From the NCBI GenBank assembly GCA_040290255.1, contig PSMU01000002.1, positions 32,001-96,000 on the forward strand: a stretch of 64,000 nucleotides of DNA, in the 5' to 3' direction. Below the pieces are notes generated by a model. The model was not told the DNA's origin. It did no database searches and worked only from the letters and a program-made list of their open reading frames with translations. Made by a program: the position numbers and the translations under genes. Shown here piece by piece: positions 56,904-64,000 of this stretch; positions within the stretch are counted from its first letter, which is position 1; each line of letters opens with the position of its first letter. This DNA is from Nitrososphaerota archaeon. Its GTDB lineage: Archaea > Thermoproteota > Nitrososphaeria > PSMU01.

Positions 56904-58271
56904 CTAGATGGCCTCCACGATCGGCAGCCTGAGCTCGAACTGCTTGAGCAGCGCGATGACCTGCTTGAAGGCTTCGAGGGCCGCGTTCACATCCTCCTGA
57001 CTATGTAGCACGGACACGGTCCATTGCTCATCCGGGCCCGTGGCCTCTGGTATTACGCCCTGGTTTAGCATGCCAAGATAGTAGGCCCACCATTTGCCCA
57101 CATCGCACCTCAGAAAATCCCTCCAGTTCTCGACGGGCCCCTCGGTGAAGAAGATGTTGCCGCTGATGCCCATCCACTGCACCACCGCCTTGAGGCCCGC
57201 ATCCTTCAGGATGTCCTGATATCCCTTGGCCAGCTCCTCGCCCAGCCTAGAGGCTTGGGCAAGCGCTGCCTCCGTCAATATCTCCCTGAGCGTGACGAGG
57301 CCTGCCGTGACGGAGAGGGGGTTGGCGTTGAAGGTGCCCGCATGTGAGACGACGCCGGGCACCAGCGCTTCCATCACATCCCTCCTGCCCCCCACGGCCG
57401 ATAGAGGCAGCCCACCCGCCAGGGCCTTTCCCAGCGCCACTAGGTCCGCCCTGACGCCGAACCTGGCCTGCGCGCCTCCGTAGAACTTGCCGCAGGTCTT
57501 CACCTCATCGAAGATCAGCAGCGAGCCGTATTCGTCACAGAGGCGCCTTAAGCCCTCCAGGAAGCCAGGCTTTGGAGGCACGAAGCCCATGTTCATCGGT
57601 ATGGGCTCCAGTATGATGGCTGCGACTTCATTTCCCTCCCGCCTCATGAGCTCCTCCACGGCCTCCAGGTCGTTGAAGGGGGCCACTAGGACCTGCCTTA
57701 CGACCGCCTCGGGGATGCCCTGGGAAGCCGCCACGGGCCTAGGCCTGCGCGCATGGCCGGCCTTGGCCGCCTGGGGCTTTACGCTGACCAGCAGCGCGTC
57801 ATGGGAACCGTGGTAGCAGCCCTCAAACTTCAGCAGCTTGCTCCTGCCGGTAAACGCCCTGGCCAGCCGCACGGCATGCTGCGTCGCCTCTAGGCCGGTG
57901 GAGGAAAACTTAACCATGTCCAGGCGAAAGCGCGCGCAGACGAGCTTGGCCAGTTCCTTCGTGGCCTCGAACTCGAAGCCCAGCAGGGCACCATCCGCTA
58001 CCCTCTCGGCCAGGGCCTGCACCAGGCGAGGATGGGCATGGCCCGAGACCAGCGCGCCAAAGGCCATGTTGAAGTCCACATACTCATTGCCATCCGCATC
58101 CCAGATCCGGCTCCCCCTGGCCTTTGAGCAGTACAGCGGGTAGGGCTCTATGTGCCTATAGTTGCTGTGCACGCCATAGGGCGTTAGGAGCCTGGCCTCG
58201 TTAAAGAGCTGCCGGGAGCGGCGCGTCCTCTCTTCATAGGCTCCCTTCATCTTATCGACGAGCCTTTCCAT
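56904..58271 (-). CDS. Class III PLP aminotransferase, GSA-aminomutase-like
   Basis: DADGNEYVD, FEGCYHG, LIFDEV, GKALAGG, GTFNANP. Confidence 0.88.
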   Translation of the reverse strand: MERLVDKMKGAYEERTRRSRQLFNEARLLTPYGVHSNYRHIEPYPLYCSKARGSRIWDADGNEYVDFNMAFGALVSGHAHPRLVQALAERVADGALLGFEFEATKELAKLVCARFRLDMVKFSSTGLEATQHAVRLARAFTGRSKLLKFEGCYHGSHDALLVSVKPQAAKAGHARRPRPVAASQGIPEAVVRQVLVAPFNDLEAVEELMRREGNEVAAIILEPIPMNMGFVPPKPGFLEGLRRLCDEYGSLLIFDEVKTCGKFYGGAQARFGVRADLVALGKALAGGLPLSAVGGRRDVMEALVPGVVSHAGTFNANPLSVTAGLVTLREILTEAALAQASRLGEELAKGYQDILKDAGLKAVVQWMGISGNIFFTEGPVENWRDFLRCDVGKWWAYYLGMLNQGVIPEATGPDEQWTVSVLHSQEDVNAALEAFKQVIALLKQFELRLPIVEAI

Positions 58272-58357
58272 CGGATGGGTAGGGGAGGAGGACGATATAA
58301 AACTGCGGCGCGGCGCGCCTCAAAATTAGGCTTAAATATCGATTCACATCGTTCGCC

Positions 58358-60274
58358 CTGAAGAAGTCGAGGACGAAGCTCTTCGTCCTAGTCGTACTGC
58401 TGCTTCTCTCCAGCTCGATACCGCTGTCGCTGCTGCAGCTGGCCGCCCGAGGTCAGGCAAAGCCCCACTTCCCGCCCTTCTCCTCGGCCGCGCTGCACTC
58501 GGGCTTCGTGAGGGTCAATGCGCCGGAGGATTACGTTGACCTGTGGGGCCTGGAGGCTGGCCTGAGCTACCTTCCCGGCCCTGATGCAGCGGGAGCCCTG
58601 AACTTGGACCAGAACAGGAGGCCTCAGAACGAGCCCGCGGTCGCCGTCAACCCTTCGGACAACAGCAAGTACGTGGGCAGCGCCAACGATTACAACCTTG
58701 GGGCGCCCATCGGCACAGGCACTTATGCGCATATAGCGGGCTCCGCCACGCAGCTGGGTCCCCAGTTCGTGGTGACGGGCTTCCCTCCCTTCTCCCTTCT
58801 CACGGGCACGGGCCCCTCCTCGCCCCTGGCGAGCCCCTATCGCTTTCTAATAGAGGTGCCGTTCGGCACGGGCGACCCCTCCCTGGCCTATGGCAAATCT
58901 AGGGTCCTCCCCGGTAGGCCTCCCGTCGTGTACCTGGCCTCGTTGGGCTTCAGCTTCAGCTTCTGCGAGAACGGCGTCTTCGTCTACGCTTCCTACAATA
59001 ACGGCCTGACCTGGACCAGGCCCATACCGCCAGGCCTCGGAGGGCCGCGGTATGTGGTCGTGTACGAGGATAACGCGCTGAACTGTAGCGTCTTCCACGA
59101 TAAGGAGTGGATCACCGTGGACAATACCGGCGGCCCTCATGACGGCAGGGTCTACGCGACATGGACGCGGTTCGAGTTCGGCAACGGCGTCTACAAGAGG
59201 AGCCCCATAATGCTCGCCTGGTCGGACGATGATGGGCAGACGTGGAAGGGGCCCTTTGAGATCAGCGGCTTTTCGCCCCAGCTCTGCCCCGAGCAGGTGA
59301 CGGGCCCGCCTGGCGCGTGCGACGAAGATCAGTTCTCCGTCCCCGTGGTAGCCAGCGACGGTACCCTTTATGTGCAGTTCTTCAACCAGCAGGCGAAGGG
59401 CGCGGCCGCGCAGGGCTTCAGGGATCAGATCCTCGTGGTGCACGTAGACCCCGATAAGCTCGAGCAGGGCATGGCAGGGGCTATAGAGGGGCCCTACAGG
59501 GCGGTCTTTCCGGTCTACGATGGGCTGAACGATTACCCTATCCAGGCGGCGGGCACGGGCAGCAGGCAGACGCTCTGCAACTCCAACTTCAGGGTTAACT
59601 CCGCCGGCAACCTAGCCATCGGCCCAGCTGGCACAGGGGGCGCGCCTCCCAACGTGCAGCCCCTCTACATCGTCTTTTCGGACAACCGTCAGCACAAGGA
59701 TGAGTTCCCCTTCCCCACGCGCGTGGTCCAGACTTCGGGAGCCCCCCGGCCTGCTTTCGAGTGCCCGGCCGGAAAACAGACAAATGTAGACATCTTCCTG
59801 GTCAAATCCATCGATGGTGGCAAGACCTGGACGGAGCCCATAAGGGTGAACCAAGATGCTAAGGGGAATAATGTGGACCAGTGGTTCCCCTGGGTCACCG
59901 TGGACTCGAGCGGCGCCGTCTATGTCATTTACTATGATAGGCGGGACAGCGCTAACTTCCTACAGGGTAAGAGGGCGAATGGCATCGTTACCAGTACGCT
60001 AATTTCAAGGCCGAATCACTTGGCAGAGGTCTTCCTGGCCAAGTCCACGGACGGCGGGCAGAGCTGGACGGAGTCTCTCCTTTCCCAAACGCCCAGCAAC
60101 CTGGACGATGCCTTCTTTGGTAGGGGCGTGTTCATAGGCGATTACATCAACGTGGCCGTGAGCGGTGGGCTCGTCTATGGCCTCTGGACGGGCGTTGCTG
60201 CCAGCGTGAGCGGAAATGTCTTCAAAAGCCTCCGAACGGACAGCGACATATTCATCTTCGTCGGTCCGGCCTAG
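58358..60274 (+). CDS. Secreted BNR/Asp-box (sialidase-like beta-propeller) protein
   Basis: Asp boxes SYNNGLTW, SDDDGQTW, SIDGGKTW, STDGGQSW; DKEW, IGDY; signal peptide present only if started at CTG 58358. Confidence 0.85.
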   Translation: MKKSRTKLFVLVVLLLLSSSIPLSLLQLAARGQAKPHFPPFSSAALHSGFVRVNAPEDYVDLWGLEAGLSYLPGPDAAGALNLDQNRRPQNEPAVAVNPSDNSKYVGSANDYNLGAPIGTGTYAHIAGSATQLGPQFVVTGFPPFSLLTGTGPSSPLASPYRFLIEVPFGTGDPSLAYGKSRVLPGRPPVVYLASLGFSFSFCENGVFVYASYNNGLTWTRPIPPGLGGPRYVVVYEDNALNCSVFHDKEWITVDNTGGPHDGRVYATWTRFEFGNGVYKRSPIMLAWSDDDGQTWKGPFEISGFSPQLCPEQVTGPPGACDEDQFSVPVVASDGTLYVQFFNQQAKGAAAQGFRDQILVVHVDPDKLEQGMAGAIEGPYRAVFPVYDGLNDYPIQAAGTGSRQTLCNSNFRVNSAGNLAIGPAGTGGAPPNVQPLYIVFSDNRQHKDEFPFPTRVVQTSGAPRPAFECPAGKQTNVDIFLVKSIDGGKTWTEPIRVNQDAKGNNVDQWFPWVTVDSSGAVYVIYYDRRDSANFLQGKRANGIVTSTLISRPNHLAEVFLAKSTDGGQSWTESLLSQTPSNLDDAFFGRGVFIGDYINVAVSGGLVYGLWTGVAASVSGNVFKSLRTDSDIFIFVGPA

Positions 60275-60390
60275 TTTTTTGCGAGACCTGCCTTATTGCT
60301 TTCTATCCCATCCCGCATGCTTGGGCGCGCACAGGCCATGGCTTGCCCTGGGGTTAAGGCTTTAATGAATTACCTCCGGAGCCCTGGCGG

Positions 60391-61341
60391 ATGGGCCATA
60401 GGCTACGGCTCTTCTTCACGACGGATGTGCATGCCTCCGAGGTCTGCTATCTCAAGTTCCTCAACGCGGCCCAGTTCTATAAGGCCCAGGTGCTGATCCT
60501 GGGCGGTGATATAACCGGCAAGATGGTCGTGCCCATCATAAAGCAGGGCGAGCATGGGTACATGGCCGAGCTGCACGGCAGCCTTCAGGTGGTTCAGCAG
60601 GACAGCCTTCAGAAGCTCGTGCAGACGATAAGGAACTCGGGCTACTATCCCTTCGTGCTGGATGCGGAGGAATTCGAGAGGCTGAGGGAGGATAGGTCAA
60701 GGGTTGATGCGCTCTTCAAACAGCTCATGGTGGATACCGTCAGGAGGTGGGTGCGCCTGGCCGAGGAGAGGTTGAAGGACAAGGGCGTGAAGGTCTACAT
60801 ATCGCCGGGCAACGATGACATCTTCGAGATAGATGAAGTCCTCTCGAGCTCGGACTTCGTCATAAACCCTGAGGAGAAGGTGGTGGAGCTGGATGGGTAC
60901 GAGATGATCACCTGGGGCTTCGTGAACCCCACGCCCTGGAGGAGCCCCCGGGAGCTCCCCGAGGAGGAGCTGTACAGGAGGATAGAGGCGATGGCTTCTC
61001 AGGTGAGGGATATGCGGCGCTGCATCTACAATCTGCACTGTCCGCCCTATGATACGCCCCTGGATGTGGCGGTAAGGCTGGACGAGCAGCTGAGGCCCGT
61101 CATCAGGGGAGGGGAGCCGGAGATGGTCCACGTGGGCTCCTTGGCCGTGAGGCGCTCGATAGAGCAGCACCAGCCCCTCCTGGGCCTTCACGGCCACATC
61201 CATGAGAGCAGGGGCGCCTGCAAGATAGGCCGCACGCTCTGCCTGAACCCTGGCAGCGAGTACGGCGAGGGGCTCCTCAGGGGGGCCCTTGTGGAGCTCG
61301 AGGAGAACAAGGTCAGGTTTTACCTGCTGACGCAGGGCTAA
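60391..61341 (+). CDS. Calcineurin-like (Icc-related) metallophosphoesterase
   Basis: TDVH, GGD, GNDD, LHCPP, GHIHE, NPGS. Confidence 0.9.
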   Translation: MGHRLRLFFTTDVHASEVCYLKFLNAAQFYKAQVLILGGDITGKMVVPIIKQGEHGYMAELHGSLQVVQQDSLQKLVQTIRNSGYYPFVLDAEEFERLREDRSRVDALFKQLMVDTVRRWVRLAEERLKDKGVKVYISPGNDDIFEIDEVLSSSDFVINPEEKVVELDGYEMITWGFVNPTPWRSPRELPEEELYRRIEAMASQVRDMRRCIYNLHCPPYDTPLDVAVRLDEQLRPVIRGGEPEMVHVGSLAVRRSIEQHQPLLGLHGHIHESRGACKIGRTLCLNPGSEYGEGLLRGALVELEENKVRFYLLTQG

Positions 61342-61371
61342 GCCTTAATAGCGCCCGCGCCAGCCCGCGGC

Positions 61372-62343
61372 ATGAGGGGAAGGCGAAGCCTTCAGCCCGC
61401 GGACGCATTAAAATCCCCCAGGTTCGCCGGCATCACCACCTTCGCCAGGCTGCCCCACTCGAGGGACCTGAGCGAAGTCGACGCGGCCTTTCTGGGGATC
61501 CCGTTCGACGACGCGACCACCTTTCGCTCGGGCGCCAGGTTTGGGCCCAAGGCCGTGCGCGAGGCCTCGTTGCTGTTGAGGCCCTATAATGCCGCGCTCA
61601 AGGTCGCCCCCTTCGCCGTGCTCAACGTGCTCGATTACGGCGATATTGATGTCGTACCGGGCTATATAGAGGATACATACGCGAGGGTGGAGGAGCAGAT
61701 GGCTACCATAGCCGCCCGAGGCATTCGGCCCCTCATCTGTGGCGGCGACCATTCGATCACGCTGCCCGTACTAAGGGCGCTCTACAAGCGCCTCGGGAGG
61801 CTCAGCCTCGTGCACATCGATGCGCATGCGGACTGCTGGGATGAGTACTTCGGCCGCAAGTACAACCACGGCACGGTCTTCAGGAGGGCCCTGGAGGAGG
61901 GGCTCGTGGAGCCTTCGAGCTCCGTGCACGTGGGCATAAGGGGCCCCATCTACTCCGAGGGCGATTATGAGGAGGTCAAGAAGATGGGCTACCGCCTCAT
62001 CACCATGGAGGAGGTGAGGGGCAAGGGGCTTAATGAAGCCCTGCGCCAGATCCTCAGCATAGCCCAGGGCCCCGTCTACGTCAGCTTCGATATAGATGCC
62101 TGCGACCCCTCCGTGGCGCCGGGCACCGGCACGCCCGAAGTGGCCGGCTTCCTGGCCCATGAGGCCCTGAGCCTGGTGCGCTCGCTGTCCCCCCTCGAGA
62201 TCGTGGGCTTTGACCTCGTGGAGGTCTCACCTCCCTACGATGTGGCCGGCATAACGGCCCTGCTCGCCTCCAACCTCCTCTACGAAGCCCTAAGCGCCAT
62301 GGCCCTCAACGCCCTGAGGGGCAGAGGCAATGCTAAGCCTTAA
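61372..62343 (+). CDS. Ureohydrolase (agmatinase/guanidinobutyrase family)
   Basis: GARFGP, GGDHS, DAHAD, HGT, SFDIDACDP, APGTGTP, EVSP. Confidence 0.93.
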   Translation: MRGRRSLQPADALKSPRFAGITTFARLPHSRDLSEVDAAFLGIPFDDATTFRSGARFGPKAVREASLLLRPYNAALKVAPFAVLNVLDYGDIDVVPGYIEDTYARVEEQMATIAARGIRPLICGGDHSITLPVLRALYKRLGRLSLVHIDAHADCWDEYFGRKYNHGTVFRRALEEGLVEPSSSVHVGIRGPIYSEGDYEEVKKMGYRLITMEEVRGKGLNEALRQILSIAQGPVYVSFDIDACDPSVAPGTGTPEVAGFLAHEALSLVRSLSPLEIVGFDLVEVSPPYDVAGITALLASNLLYEALSAMALNALRGRGNAKP

Positions 62344-62372
62344 AGCTCCGCGGCCCTGAGCTGAAAAGGGGC

Positions 62373-63431
62373 TTGGCGAAGATCACGCTATACAGGGAGT
62401 ACGATGGCACCGTGCACGAGCTCGAGCTACCTTTGAGCAGCAAGGCGGAGATAGGTGCCTTGGCCCAGGAGCTGGGGGTGCCCAGCTATGTCGACCTCAC
62501 GAACCCGGTGGTGCAGATGGCTCTCGCCTCCCTTTGGGCTTCGCTGAACGTCCCGAGGCTCTTTAACGGCCCTGGTGATGCCAATTACGCCGATAGGCCC
62601 CTCAGCCCTCTTCTCTTCGGAGGTGCCGCCGTGAAGCTGCTGTGTCCCTCGGCCAACGCACCCCAGAGCCCGCTCAATAGGCCCATCAAGGACATAGACT
62701 TCGTCGTAGGCAAGGGCGAGGGCAACAGGTTCGTGCACATCCTGCTCAATCTCTCGAGGGCGCTGGGCACCAGGTACCACTTCTTCGCGACGAAGGGCGA
62801 TGCGATGTTCAATGCCCTCAGGGCGGGCTCCCGCTATAGGCTCAGGGCCCTTCTGGGGGTGCAGAATGAGGAACCTCTCCTGACCGTGACGGATATCTTC
62901 GTCGAGAGGGTCGAGATGAGGCACGCAATTCGCCTCCCCCAGGAGCTCTTTGCGGCTGGCCCTGGCCTAAGGTACACTATAGGGCCCGAGCTGCTCATCC
63001 TCACCAAGGCCCAGTTCATCACGGACCTTGACAGGAAGGACTTGCCGCAGCTGGAGGCGGCGGGCCAGGGCTTTAGGGTCCTGCATTATCCGCACTATAG
63101 GCAGGATAAGGTGCTGGTGGGCATGGAGGAGAAGGACCTCCTGGACATCTGCGCGCTCATCGTAGATGGGGAGGCCGGCGGCATCCCGCCGGATCCCGAG
63201 AGGTTCTCCAGGCTCGTGGGCAAGGATGAGAAGTTAAACCTTACGGTTAGGCTGAACTTGGAGAACATCCTTCGCAATGCGGAGAGGCTGAGGGCCAAGG
63301 GCCTGAGCGAGGGCCAGCTCTCAAAGCTGGAGGCCGGCGTGCAGGCGCTCCTGCGCGCACTGCCGCCCGTGGACAAGAAATGGAGCAAACCTTGGTGGAA
63401 CGTGGACGTCGAGACGCCTGTTATCTCCTAG
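62373..63431 (+). CDS. Uncharacterised protein with a nucleotidyltransferase-like motif
   Basis: LFGGAAV...RPIKDIDFVV (GG plus DxD), later DIF, LTKAQ and KDLLD. Confidence 0.7.
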   Translation: MAKITLYREYDGTVHELELPLSSKAEIGALAQELGVPSYVDLTNPVVQMALASLWASLNVPRLFNGPGDANYADRPLSPLLFGGAAVKLLCPSANAPQSPLNRPIKDIDFVVGKGEGNRFVHILLNLSRALGTRYHFFATKGDAMFNALRAGSRYRLRALLGVQNEEPLLTVTDIFVERVEMRHAIRLPQELFAAGPGLRYTIGPELLILTKAQFITDLDRKDLPQLEAAGQGFRVLHYPHYRQDKVLVGMEEKDLLDICALIVDGEAGGIPPDPERFSRLVGKDEKLNLTVRLNLENILRNAERLRAKGLSEGQLSKLEAGVQALLRALPPVDKKWSKPWWNVDVETPVIS

Positions 63432-64000
63432 CCCTGTAGCTGCCTTATGCAGGCGATGAGCCGCTCAACCGCGCGCTCGGCCGTGGCCTCATCCAGTATC
63501 AAGGGCGGCTGAAGCCTCAGCACATTTCTGAAGAGCCCGCCCACGCCCACTAGGTATCCGTTGCTTCTCATCAGCTCCTTCACCCTCTCGGCCGCCTCAG
63601 GATGGGGCTCTTTCGTGCGCCGGTCCTTTACGAGCTCCACCCCTATCATAAGCCCCTTTCCCCTCACATCGCCCACGTAGGAAAGCCCAGCTTGGGCCTC
63701 CCTTAGCCTGGCCATCATGAACGAGCCTATCCTTTCGGCGCGCTCCCAAAGCCTCTCCCTCTTTATCACGCGCAGCGAGGCTATGGCCGCCGCGCAGGCC
63801 ACGGGGTTGGCGAAGAAGGTGTTGAAGTGATCGCCGGGCTCTAGGGCGTCATCTATATTCTGCGTCACCGCTATCGCGCCCAGTGGCAGCCCGCCTCCCA
63901 AGGCCTTGGCCATGGCCATCGCATCTGGCTCCACGTCCCAGAGCTGGCAGGCAAAGGGCCTGCCGGTCCTGCCGAAGCCGGTCTGCACCTCATCCGCGAT
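63428..64000 (-). CDS. Class III PLP aminotransferase (GabT/ArgD/AGXT2-like), 5' part outside the window
   Basis: IADEVQTGFGRTG, MAKALGGG, GDVRGKGLMIGVELV, LRLQPPL. Confidence 0.92.
   Translation of the reverse strand: MADEVQTGFGRTGRPFACQLWDVEPDAMAMAKALGGGLPLGAIAVTQNIDDALEPGDHFNTFFANPVACAAAIASLRVIKRERLWERAERIGSFMMARLREAQAGLSYVGDVRGKGLMIGVELVKDRRTKEPHPEAAERVKELMRSNGYLVGVGGLFRNVLRLQPPLILDEATAERAVERLIACIRQLQG

Noticed and set aside
56904-58271. Calling this gene hemL
   Set aside because: Deviates from HemL motifs (STGLEAT, FDEVKTCGK), lies about 43 kb from the hem cluster and sits in a catabolic context; left as GSA-like.
1-64000. tRNA, rRNA, CRISPR array, IS elements
   Set aside because: No cloverleaf with T-loop consensus, regularly spaced repeats or transposase motifs were found by eye; short elements could have been missed.

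Overview
High-GC archaeal chromosomal segment. Archaeal-type GAPDH, split MetE, TRAM protein, archaeal pilins and TATA boxes about 21-28 nt upstream of start codons point to a TACK lineage, plausibly non-ammonia-oxidising Nitrososphaerota; the lineage is inferred from gene style only. Contents left to right: A1-type heme-copper oxidase subunits I/II; ROK kinase; PaaF/PaaG-like crotonases; a disrupted PPOX/F420 gene; a coproporphyrin-dependent heme cluster (hemBCDE, hemH, chdC); a Tat operon; a large Ig-repeat surface protein; and a ~15 kb accessory locus (18.9-34.4 kb) with a broken ftsZ, a type IV pilus system, a MoxR AAA+/vWA pair, two SecB-like paralogues, a wHTH regulator and a TFB-like/ParB/ParB-HTH operon, several of whose promoters share a motif. 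Then follow a thiolase, an unannotated 48-aa hydrophobic peptide gene convergent on a tandem Lrp/AsnC-like regulator (candidate peptide-signalling pair), central carbon genes (gap, pgk, a gnd-cyclase-F420 G6PDH-like block), and a ~12 kb amine/guanidino catabolic cluster containing a nucleotidyltransferase-like and metallophosphoesterase pair. No tRNA, rRNA, CRISPR array, integrase or transposase was recognised. All calls come from reading motifs by eye; no database searches were run.
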